NCBI GenBank assembly: GCA_030613065.1
Contig: JAUWMQ010000003.1
Location: forward strand, 499 to 64,498
DNA: 64,000 nt
From: Candidatus Aegiribacteria sp.
GTDB taxonomy: Bacteria; Fermentibacterota; Fermentibacteria; Fermentibacterales; JCC-6
Direction of reading: 5' to 3'
A program made the position numbers and the translations under genes. A model generated the notes under the pieces. The model ran no database searches. It was not told the DNA's origin and was given only the letters and a program-made list of their open reading frames with translations. Below, piece by piece: positions 28,641 to 36,778 of the stretch; the first letter of the stretch is position 1; each line of letters opens with the position of its first letter.

Positions 28641-29294
28641 CTAGAATACAGTTTTGATAGAACCCCATGTTGAGTTTTCGAGAGCTAAAGCTGCTCCGAA
28701 CCGGGCATTTGCGAAAAGCTCACCAGTAGTTACGGGTTCTATGAATTCGATTCTGACGATTTCCTCATCAGAGTAAACTCCCCAGAACACGCCAGCAAGC
28801 GTACCGGCCGAGGAAGTAGTACCAAGAGAACCGCCAGTTCCGAACACTTCGATATAAACACTGCCGGTTGCCATAGGCATAACTATTTCAACTCCGAACG
28901 CATTGACGGGAACCGTAAACGAAAACTCACCATTGTCAGTAAGATTATTGGGACCCACTGTCACACTGGTCACTCCCAGATAGGGGGGAGTAAGAACCAC
29001 ATTGTTGTTACCTTCAAGATTATCAAAAGTTATACCATCTACAATAGCACCAGGGGTGAAACATGCATTATTGGTGAGGCTGTTGAAGGGACCAGGAGCG
29101 GGCTGTACACCGTCGGGAGGAACAATGGTACCTGAGTAGTCCTCGACTGTCAGGCCGGGATAGAGAGCATCGAACAGCGTTGCATCAGTATAGAAAGCAA
29201 CATCCGCCGAAGCCATGCAGGCTGCAAACAGAAGGACGAATATCAATAAAGTAAAATTCTTCAAACGAATCTTCCCTCGTTTTGTGCTTTCCAT
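28641..29294 (-). CDS. Secreted protein of unknown function (signal peptide; C-terminal 'NSTWGSIKTVF')
   Basis: 217 aa. The N-terminus 'KNFTLLIFVLLFAACMASA' looks like a signal peptide. The body is Gly/Thr/Val-rich and beta-like. Confidence 0.55.
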   Translation of the reverse strand: MESTKRGKIRLKNFTLLIFVLLFAACMASADVAFYTDATLFDALYPGLTVEDYSGTIVPPDGVQPAPGPFNSLTNNACFTPGAIVDGITFDNLEGNNNVVLTPPYLGVTSVTVGPNNLTDNGEFSFTVPVNAFGVEIVMPMATGSVYIEVFGTGGSLGTTSSAGTLAGVFWGVYSDEEIVRIEFIEPVTTGELFANARFGAALALENSTWGSIKTVF

Positions 29295-29431
29295 TGTGGA
29301 GAATCGCGCATGAGTAATAAGAAATATCTATCTTCGGATTACCTCCACATTACCTAATCGCAATCATAAGGCCTTCAGTCTGGACATGCAAAACCGGGTT
29401 GACAGGGCGAGGCGATCGAAGTAGTCAACGT

Positions 29432-29492
29432 TTGATTATATTCCCGAATATTGAACAGAATAACAATTCATCAGCAAGATACCCGAGGTTGA
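29432..29492 (+). repeat. Right copy of the ~60-bp diverged direct repeat
   Basis: TTGATTATATTCCCGAATATTGAACAGAATAACAATTCATCAGCAAGATACC..., aligned by hand to 28528-28591. Confidence 0.6.
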
Positions 29493-29595
29493 TATTTATG
29501 AATCATTCAGCAGCTCTCATTACGGTTATACTGATTTCCATGGTGGAGACCGTGGAAATGCTCTTTAATCCCCGGAAAAATGCGGGATTGCGATA

Positions 29596-30231
29596 ATGAA
29601 TCTAAAACCCATCATTTGCAGTATCCCCACCGGACCTCTTGATGTGAACTGCTACATTGTCGGATGTCCTTCAACGCGCGAGAGCGTGATCATCGATCCC
29701 GGAGGTCACGGGGAAAGAATCATTGAAACACTTGAAGGGCTTGATCTGAATCCGATTGCGCTGATAGATACACACGGACATTTTGATCATATCGGTGGAA
29801 ACGCTTATCTGATGGCTCATATGGATTCACTCCGGCTTTACCTTCATGCAGATGACCTTCATTACCTGAGGAATGCCAGGGAGCATGCTGATTACTGGGG
29901 TATGTCTTTTGAAGATTCACCCGAGCCCACCAACCTGATTCAGGATGGAGAACAGATCGATGCAGGAAAGCTTAAGCTGAAGATATTTCACACTCCGGGG
30001 CATTCTCCAGGCGGGATAAGTATCTTTATAACGGGTCACGTATTTACCGGAGATGCACTTTTTGAGGGATCAATTGGTAGAACTGACCTCCCCGGAGGGA
30101 ATTATGACCAGCTGATTTCCTCAATCAGGAAGAAACTCCTTGTTCTTCCCGATGATACCATCGTGCATCCTGGTCATGGCCCTGAAACAACTATAGGTAT
30201 AGAGAGAAGAATCAACCCCTTTCTTCAGTGA
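29596..30231 (+). CDS. MBL-fold metallo-hydrolase (hydroxyacylglutathione hydrolase-like)
   Basis: 'IDTHGHFDHIGG' (HxHxDH) motif and 'FHTPGHSPG'. 211 aa. Confidence 0.9.
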   Translation: MNLKPIICSIPTGPLDVNCYIVGCPSTRESVIIDPGGHGERIIETLEGLDLNPIALIDTHGHFDHIGGNAYLMAHMDSLRLYLHADDLHYLRNAREHADYWGMSFEDSPEPTNLIQDGEQIDAGKLKLKIFHTPGHSPGGISIFITGHVFTGDALFEGSIGRTDLPGGNYDQLISSIRKKLLVLPDDTIVHPGHGPETTIGIERRINPFLQ

Positions 30232-30974
30232 CTGATAACCCCGGTTACCATCCTGAACATACCATCGGGACCTTCAAAACCCGGTTCTGTTGCGTTCAGG
30301 ATAATGGCAACCAGGCTGTCCTCCAATACATAGACATCACTGATACGGTAGTTCGAAACGTACTGGTAACCGAATTTCGGTGATTCATCAAGAAGATGCA
30401 TTACTGTGTTACCGTTCGAATCTTTGAGCAGCACCTCAAGAAGAACAGGCGTCTCGAACATGGAAAGCCACTCTGGATGTGAGTCAGGCATATCCTTGTG
30501 GTTAATAACACGAAGGCTGTATTCCGGTCCGCTCCACATCAGTGAACCCACCCATGTAACGAATGAAACCATTTCAGGATCTACGCTTCTATCGGTCAGA
30601 GGATGGCAGATGCAGTGAACACCCTCGTTCTCCGGTGAAATACTCAGGCTGTCCAGAAAGGAATCGGCAGAATCGAGAACGATTTCTCCGGCCGGATTCA
30701 TGGAGTTTTCATAGCACATTTCAACACCCTCACTGTACATCATAGTTTCGGTCCATTGTACTTCAAATTTCCTGATTACACTGTTATCAGAGATTGACAT
30801 AACCACTATTTCAGCACCCGGGAATCCACTTCCGTCCTCGATCCAGTATTGTGAAAGCGCGGCGTATCTTCCATCATCGGAAAAGCCGAGGAACTCAACT
30901 GAAGCCAGAAAGGCGGCACCTGCCGCGGCGGTTGCGAGGAAAAGGAACAGAATAGTGAGTACGGAAGATTTCAT
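30225..30974 (-). CDS. Secreted protein (DUF2259-like from memory, unverified)
   Basis: Signal peptide 'VLTILFLFLATAAAGAA', then 'GFSDDGRYAALSQYWIEDGSGFPGAEI'. The first ~75 codons are duplicated at 32896-33119. Confidence 0.55.
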   Translation of the reverse strand: MKSSVLTILFLFLATAAAGAAFLASVEFLGFSDDGRYAALSQYWIEDGSGFPGAEIVVMSISDNSVIRKFEVQWTETMMYSEGVEMCYENSMNPAGEIVLDSADSFLDSLSISPENEGVHCICHPLTDRSVDPEMVSFVTWVGSLMWSGPEYSLRVINHKDMPDSHPEWLSMFETPVLLEVLLKDSNGNTVMHLLDESPKFGYQYVSNYRISDVYVLEDSLVAIILNATEPGFEGPDGMFRMVTGVISH

Positions 30975-31154
30975 ATTACTCCTTTATCGCAATGTTTGAT
31001 CAGAACTGTGAACATCCCTTTCATGAGTGTATAAATAGTATAGTTAATAGGCTGTGGAAGTGAAAATTCCAGGAATATTTCTCAGGGACGGTGCAAAGTG
31101 ATTAAATCGATGAATCCATTTACTGGTAAAACCATCCGATCATGGGCGGGAAAC
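30751..31154 (+). repeat. Copy A of a 404-bp direct repeat (5' end of the secreted-protein gene, divergent promoter region, first 19 codons of the ALDH gene)
   Basis: Aligned by hand to 32896-33300, with about 20 differences including 1 indel (~95% identity). Confidence 0.9.
31098..31154 (+). pseudogene. Orphan 5' fragment of the aldehyde dehydrogenase gene (19 codons) inside repeat copy A
   Basis: 'VIKSMNPFTGKTIRSWAGN' versus the intact 'MLKSINPFTGKTIRSWAGN' at 33244. The reading frame continues into unrelated sequence up to the stop at 31277. Confidence 0.75.
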
Positions 31155-31295
31155 AGGCGCTCATCTCGAAATGGTGATGTATCCGGAGCATCTCAATACT
31201 TCTGCGAGATACGCCGTTCAACACAGGGCTTCAGCATTCACTACCGGGCAGTCATCAAGACTGACGATGCACAGTGAATCTCATGAGCGTCTTTC

Positions 31296-31820
31296 TCACG
31301 GGAGTGCATGATCGTGAGCAGATGGAGTCGTGATATCCGATGGAAGGTTTTCGGGTAAACTGCCCGGTGGCTGATTTGGCCCGATGTCTGTTTCTACGAC
31401 GCTCTCTTCTAATACAAAGACTGTATCACCGAAAGAGTATTCAAGTGTGTATGAATGAGGTGCTGTGAGAGTGTAAGTTATGGCAGGATCATCATATCCC
31501 AGGAACTCCTGCTCTGTTGCAGGAAGTGCTCCAAACTGCAATTCGTAGTTTTTAGCCATTTGTGAGAGAGCGTCGAGCTGACCGTTGAACTGCTGGGTTA
31601 CCTCCTGAGGAATGATCGGTTCTGTGATCTCAGCTTCACCGGAAAACAGGAACTGCACAGCAAGTACAATAACAAGAACTACTGATGCTCCTGCAAGCAG
31701 GTATCCGGGAGGTACCTTTTTCTTCTCTTCCTTTTTCCTGTGTAATTGTTTTTCCTTCCTGCTCAGCGCTTTTTCAGCTTCATCAAAATACCCATTTTCA
31801 GTGGTGTCAGAATTGCTCAT
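31296..31820 (-). CDS. Single-pass membrane protein, function unknown (downstream of the pilin gene)
   Basis: ATG 31820 has an AGGAGG Shine-Dalgarno (the ORF-track start at 31868 lacks one). Lys-rich N-terminus, one TM helix 'LLAGASVVLVIVLAVQFLF', and an extracytoplasmic C-terminal domain. Confidence 0.45.
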   Translation of the reverse strand: MSNSDTTENGYFDEAEKALSRKEKQLHRKKEEKKKVPPGYLLAGASVVLVIVLAVQFLFSGEAEITEPIIPQEVTQQFNGQLDALSQMAKNYELQFGALPATEQEFLGYDDPAITYTLTAPHSYTLEYSFGDTVFVLEESVVETDIGPNQPPGSLPENLPSDITTPSAHDHALP

Positions 31821-31898
31821 TGGAGACCTCCTTTTACCCGTATTACACTGTCCGCAAGTGTTGATCAATGTCTTGAGAACCTCATTCCAGACAACGCT

Positions 31899-32318
31899 TT
31901 ATTCAGGTGTCCAGCCAAGCTCCCAGGTGGCACTGCCATCCCAGAAGTACCCGTGCTGGGGGAAAACATAGAAACAGACTGAGTAATAATAGGAATATGT
32001 AGTGCCGCCCACGGTGTATATATATCCATATACCCAGTACTTCCCAGCTGTTGAGGAACTCGAGCCGCTTGCAGTTGGGCAACGCATGCTAGATGCGTTT
32101 GCCATCACGCAGTCAAGGCTTTCGATGTCAGTCGGATATGTGTTTCTTTCCGCGAAGTATATGTTCATCCCTGATGCAAGGTTTCGCATGTTTGATCTGC
32201 ACGCGGATTTCTGGGAATCAGTCTTGATATCTCCGAATTTTGGAATGGCTATTGCGGATATTATTCCTATGATTACGACAACGATCATAAGTTCTATCAG
32301 AGTAAATCCACGTTTCAT
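31899..32318 (-). CDS. Type IV pilin / pseudopilin with prepilin N-terminal methylation motif and a very aromatic C-terminal region
   Basis: 'MKRGFTLIELMIVVVIIGIISAIAIPKF' (G|FTLIE cleavage/methylation site). GGGAGG Shine-Dalgarno upstream. The last ~48 aa contain about 10 Y, 4 W and 3 F. Confidence 0.8.
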   Translation of the reverse strand: MKRGFTLIELMIVVVIIGIISAIAIPKFGDIKTDSQKSACRSNMRNLASGMNIYFAERNTYPTDIESLDCVMANASSMRCPTASGSSSSTAGKYWVYGYIYTVGGTTYSYYYSVCFYVFPQHGYFWDGSATWELGWTPE

Positions 32319-32407
32319 GATCGAACACCTCCCTTAATAAACTATATCCCGTTAGTGTTTACCTGTAATCTACTGTAAGAACATACTACATTCACAGAAG
32401 TATCAAA

Positions 32408-32895
32408 TCAGACATCGAAGTTCCTGGCAAGGGTGAGGTGAAAGTGTTCACCTTTGTAGACCACACTCTTTGAGTACTGATTGAAGCTCATCCTCTCAAG
32501 GGAAAATGGAGCCCTTGAGATATATTCGCTGAGAGTCTTACGACCATCGGCATCACAGGCTTTTATGGGCTTGCCGCAGTGAACGCTGAAACCGCTGTGC
32601 TTCCAGGAGTTCATGTTCTCCACCAGTTTCTCTGAGATCATGTCCTCATCGAGAAGCATCTTGAAGACAAGACCGGCAAAGACTCTTTCAATACCATGTA
32701 TGTCAGCGGAATCAAGATCTGGCATACTATGAATATTGCCATCTCTGTCCCAGCAGACATCCGTTACAAGACAATGGACGTGAGGGTTCCAGCTGGCCAT
32801 GCCTCCGAAGGTCTGGACCAGTACACCACCAGGGAAAACATCATCCATATCAAGTGCTTCATGAACAAACACTGTCAATGAGTTCCATGTTTTCT
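32408..32895 (-). pseudogene. IS91-family (HUH/Y2 rolling-circle) transposase fragment, truncated at both ends
   Basis: 'VQTFGGMASWNPHVHCLVTD' (HUH-type HxH motif) and 'YISRAPFSLERMSF...VVYKGEH' (Y2_Tnp region). The N-terminal Zn-binding part and the C-terminal third are missing. Its 5' end abuts repeat copy B. Confidence 0.6.
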
Positions 32896-33119
32896 GTCCA
32901 TTGTACTTCAAATTTCCTGATTACACTGTTATCAGAGATTGACATAACCACTATTTCAGCGCCCGGGAATCCACTTCCGTCCTCGATCCAGTATTGTGAA
33001 AGCGCGGCGTATCTTCCATCATCGGAAAAGCCGAGGAACTCAACTGAAGCCAGAAAGGCGGCACCTGCCGCGGCGGTTGCGAGCAGAAGGAACAGAATAG
33101 TGAGTACGGAAGGTTTCAT
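32896..33119 (-). pseudogene. Orphan 5' fragment (~75 codons) of the 30225-30974 secreted-protein gene inside repeat copy B
   Basis: 'MKPSVLTILFLLLATAAAGAAFLASVEFLGFSDDGRYAALSQYWIEDGSGFPGAEIVVMSISDNSVIRKFEVQWTE' is near-identical to the N-terminus of the intact gene, then diverges at the repeat boundary. Confidence 0.8.
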
Positions 33120-33300
33120 AATACTCCTTAATCGCAATGCTTGATCAAAACCGTGAACATCCCTTTCATGAGTGTATAATATAGTATAGTTAATAGGCTG
33201 TGGAAGTGAAAATCCCAGGAATATTTCTCAGGGAAGGTGAAAAGTGCTTAAATCGATAAATCCATTTACGGGTAAAACCATCCGATCATGGGCTGGAAAC
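32896..33300 (+). repeat. Copy B of the 404-bp direct repeat
   Basis: See 30751-31154. 405 bp, ~95% identical. Confidence 0.9.
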
Positions 33301-34623
33301 ACTCCTGAAGAAGTCGAGAAAACCATTGAGAAGGCAGACAGAGCTTTCAGAATCTGGCGCGATACCAAGCTGGATAAACGCGCAGAGAAGCTGAGGAATC
33401 TTGCTTATCTGCTTGACTCAGGGAAGCACCAGCTTGCAGTGGAGATGGCTTCAGAGATGGGCAAACCTGTCACCCAGGGACAGTCCGAAATTGAAAAATG
33501 CGCGTGGGTCTGCAGGTACTACGCGCAATACGGCTCCCGATTAATTGCTAAGAAAAGCAGGAAAACAGACGCAGATAAGTGCTACGTCTGTTATCAGCCC
33601 CTCGGAGTCATATTCGCAGTGATGCCCTGGAATTTCCCGTTCTGGCAGTTTTTCAGATTTGCGGCACCTGCCGTGATGGCTGGAAATACCTTCGTTCTCA
33701 AGCATTCCCCGAACGTTACCGGGTGTGCCCTGAGCATCCCGGAGCTGTTCAGGGATGCTGGCTTTCTGGATGGTCTGGCCGGGCTTATTCTCGTTCCTGA
33801 GGAAAAGGTTCCCGAAGTGTCCAGCATAGTAATTGCCGATCACAGGATAAAGGCAGTTACGCTAACCGGGAGCGGAACAGCAGGCGGGGCAGTCGCATCG
33901 GGGGCGGGATCGGCTATAAAGAAGTGTGTGCTGGAACTAGGAGGGAGTGACCCTGCGATAATTCTGGAAGATGCGGATCTTAAACTTGCAGCCGCTGAAT
34001 CGGTGTTTTCCAGGCTGATCAATGCAGGGCAGAACTGCATTGCCTCCAAGAGGTTCATTGTGATTGAGAGTGTTTATAGCGAGTTTCTTGAACTGCTTGT
34101 GAAGGAGATGCAGATCACCAGGATGGGCGACCCTATGGATATGAAAGTAGACCTGGGACCAATGGCCAGGTACGATCTCCGTGATAACCTTCATCGACAG
34201 GTTATGCAGAGCGTTGATCTTGGAGCTGAGCTGATCATGGGAGGCAACATACCGGAGCATCATGGAGCTTTCTATCCGCCTACAGTACTCACGGGCTGCA
34301 GAAAGGGAATGCCTGTTTTTGATGAAGAAACCTTCGGTCCTGTAGCTGCAGTCTGTTCGGTAAGGAATGAGGGAGAAGCCGTTAAGCTTGCCAACGATAC
34401 GTCTTACGGCCTCGGAGCGTCAGTCTACACACGTGATGTTCGCCGGGGAGAGAAGATAGCTCTTGAGATGAATGCAGGAGCCTGCTTCGTGAACACATTT
34501 GTCCGGTCAGATCCCAGGCTGCCTTTCGGTGGAATCGGTCGTTCAGGTTTCGGCAGAGAGCTGTCTCGCAGCGGGATGCTTGAATTTACAAACTGTAAAA
34601 CCGTTTACATCATGAATGGATAA
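33244..34623 (+). CDS. NAD(P)+-dependent aldehyde dehydrogenase (succinate-semialdehyde dehydrogenase-like)
   Basis: 'LELGGSDP', catalytic Cys in 'GQNCIASKR', and 'EETFGPV'. 459 aa, GTG start. Confidence 0.9.
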   Translation: MLKSINPFTGKTIRSWAGNTPEEVEKTIEKADRAFRIWRDTKLDKRAEKLRNLAYLLDSGKHQLAVEMASEMGKPVTQGQSEIEKCAWVCRYYAQYGSRLIAKKSRKTDADKCYVCYQPLGVIFAVMPWNFPFWQFFRFAAPAVMAGNTFVLKHSPNVTGCALSIPELFRDAGFLDGLAGLILVPEEKVPEVSSIVIADHRIKAVTLTGSGTAGGAVASGAGSAIKKCVLELGGSDPAIILEDADLKLAAAESVFSRLINAGQNCIASKRFIVIESVYSEFLELLVKEMQITRMGDPMDMKVDLGPMARYDLRDNLHRQVMQSVDLGAELIMGGNIPEHHGAFYPPTVLTGCRKGMPVFDEETFGPVAAVCSVRNEGEAVKLANDTSYGLGASVYTRDVRRGEKIALEMNAGACFVNTFVRSDPRLPFGGIGRSGFGRELSRSGMLEFTNCKTVYIMNG

Positions 34624-35764
34624 TGGCTGTTGAAAGAGGATCGGAGATGAAGCGGTGGTAAACGCGAATTCTCCTGTGGAGACGTTTCTCATAGAGTTTC
34701 CACATTGCCTGGATCTTTTTATTGTCTTCCAGTTCATGGTTGCTCTCAGCGAATTCCATTCTCCTTTTAAAAGCGCTCTTTCCGATTTCGTAGGTCATAA
34801 GAGCATCCACGCCTTTTCCCTGGTATTCCGGAAGGATGCCGGCAAGGTAGAAATCAAGGATTTTGCTCTTTTTCATTGCCCTGAGAATATGGATGAAACC
34901 GAACGGGAAAAGCCTCCCCTTTGCCTTCTGGAAAGCCTTTGACAGATTGGGCATTGCAATTATGAATCCCACTAGCTTGTCTCCGTCAACAGCAAGTTTG
35001 ATGAACTCCGGATCCACCTGTCCAAGATAGGCTTTTATGTAGTAATTAATCTCTTCTTCATCAAGCAGAGTTGTGCCGTACAGCTCTTTGTAGGATTCAT
35101 TCAAAACGTCGAAAACCTGGTGTCCCCATTTTTTCGAGAGAGCTTTTGTAGAATTCTCATTGAATACCTTTACAGTGCTCCTTTTCTTTATCAGTGCTGT
35201 CAGGCGTTCCACCTTTTCGGGGAGAGCATCGGGTACGGTTATCTTGAATTCAACGTAGTCCACTTCTTTCACGTAACCTCTTGATGTTACCAGATCATTG
35301 TACCATGCAGGATTGTAACTGCCTGATATTGTAGGCAGCTCGTCGAACCCTTCAATGAGAAATCCCGTCATATCATTGTCTGTGAAACCCATAGGTCCTG
35401 AAACCTCGGTCATGCCATTTTCAGCGAGCCAGTTCTCCGCAGCGTCGAGGAGTGTGTTTGCAGTTTCCCGGTTATCCTCGCATTCGAACCATCCGAACCT
35501 TCCGCAGTTCCTGTCCGTTTTATCCAGATATCTTTTATTTATAATGGCTGCTATACGACCGATGGGTTTGCCATCTCGCCAGGCCAGAAAGAATTCGGTA
35601 TCACAGTATCTGTAAGCTGGATTCTTCCGGGGATCGAACTGATCCTTTTCCTGGGAGATAAGAGGAGGTATCCAGAGCGGGTCATCACTGTAAAGCCTGT
35701 AGGGAAGCATGATGAATTGTTTCAATTCGCTTTTTGTTTTTACGGGTTTAATAACAGCAGACAT
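34610..35764 (-). CDS. GNAT-family N-acetyltransferase-like protein (~380-aa family)
   Basis: N-terminus 'VKTKSELKQFIMLPYRLYSDDPLWIPPLISQEKDQFDPRKNP...GRIAAIIN' is typical of this widespread family. 14-nt convergent overlap with the ALDH gene. Confidence 0.65.
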   Translation of the reverse strand: MSAVIKPVKTKSELKQFIMLPYRLYSDDPLWIPPLISQEKDQFDPRKNPAYRYCDTEFFLAWRDGKPIGRIAAIINKRYLDKTDRNCGRFGWFECEDNRETANTLLDAAENWLAENGMTEVSGPMGFTDNDMTGFLIEGFDELPTISGSYNPAWYNDLVTSRGYVKEVDYVEFKITVPDALPEKVERLTALIKKRSTVKVFNENSTKALSKKWGHQVFDVLNESYKELYGTTLLDEEEINYYIKAYLGQVDPEFIKLAVDGDKLVGFIIAMPNLSKAFQKAKGRLFPFGFIHILRAMKKSKILDFYLAGILPEYQGKGVDALMTYEIGKSAFKRRMEFAESNHELEDNKKIQAMWKLYEKRLHRRIRVYHRFISDPLSTAIIHS

Positions 35765-35895
35765 AAAAGCTCCTTCTGGTTCTGGTATTGGAAGAATCTA
35801 ATCTTATGAAGTGCCGGGTCAAATACCCTGATATTCTGGAACTATCCACCATGTTCGAACTATCAACTAAATGAAGTTCAACAGAAGGGGGCCCT

Positions 35896-36771
35896 ATGAA
35901 AAACAATGGTAAATTCCAGAATGGATTGATTCCTCCGGCTCTCAGTATCCTGTTTACCGCGGGTTTTTTGCCGGTGGGAACGGTTTCGGCTTCGGATCAG
36001 CTCAGCAACCATATCGGTACAGTTGATGATAATGGCTCAAGTTCAGCTCTTTCAGTATCCCTCTTAACGAGAACTTCTGCTCTTTGGAGCAACCCCCAGT
36101 GGCAGGAATTCAAGAGGATCTGGAAGAAGCTGGACAGTATTGCCCCGGCTGACGGTGATTACAGCTCCAACCAGCTTGATTATGAAAAGCTAAACAAGAT
36201 CAGGATTGAGCTGGACAACAGTTACGTTGAATTAATGAGAATCGCTGACGAAATAACTATTGACTCTCTCGATATCGTACTCCTCCACAGGCTGGCATCC
36301 GACAGGCTTGATATTCTTGCCTACGGTTCGGCACTACCCATGACAAGGATGATGCTGCCACCCATTTCTGATCAGACTGATGATCTCCTTCCACAGATCG
36401 AAGCCAGGATTGACACAGTTGTTCGCCTGAGGGAGGATGGTCTGATCTCATCCGGGGAAATGATAACAACCTTCAGCAACCTGAGATCTTCCATCGACTT
36501 GTATTATCTTCTGGAAACTATCAACAGTGAAACCGGTTATTCAGGGGTGCTATGGACGGTTCGATGGCCAATGGAGGTTGATCGGATACAGCCGTACCTT
36601 GACAGTATTAAAACCTCTGTAATGGAAAGTCTCAGGAATGCAGGATCAGAGAATGAGGAAGGGTACAGCGTGATGCTTGAGGATCTGCGGAATATGGAGC
36701 AATCCATAAGCAATGTGCAGGACAGATTGCCTGCTCTGCACGATCTTCTCCTTGATCTTGAGCTTTTCTGA
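35896..36771 (+). CDS. Secreted all-helical protein, function unknown (no Cys)
   Basis: 291 aa with a signal-like N-terminus 'LIPPALSILFTAGFLPVGTVSA'. Its stop is 8 nt before the radical SAM start. Confidence 0.5.
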   Translation: MKNNGKFQNGLIPPALSILFTAGFLPVGTVSASDQLSNHIGTVDDNGSSSALSVSLLTRTSALWSNPQWQEFKRIWKKLDSIAPADGDYSSNQLDYEKLNKIRIELDNSYVELMRIADEITIDSLDIVLLHRLASDRLDILAYGSALPMTRMMLPPISDQTDDLLPQIEARIDTVVRLREDGLISSGEMITTFSNLRSSIDLYYLLETINSETGYSGVLWTVRWPMEVDRIQPYLDSIKTSVMESLRNAGSENEEGYSVMLEDLRNMEQSISNVQDRLPALHDLLLDLELF

Positions 36772-36778
36772 TAACTCG

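Noticed and set aside
29399-29596. 65-aa ORF (and a nested 32-codon ATG ORF from 29498) upstream of the MBL hydrolase
   Set aside because: It spans the right copy of the ~60-bp repeat and AT-rich spacer sequence. No Shine-Dalgarno and no recognisable motif, so it is more likely 5' UTR or promoter DNA. The overlapping TAATG junction with the hydrolase start is noted, but it is insufficient evidence.
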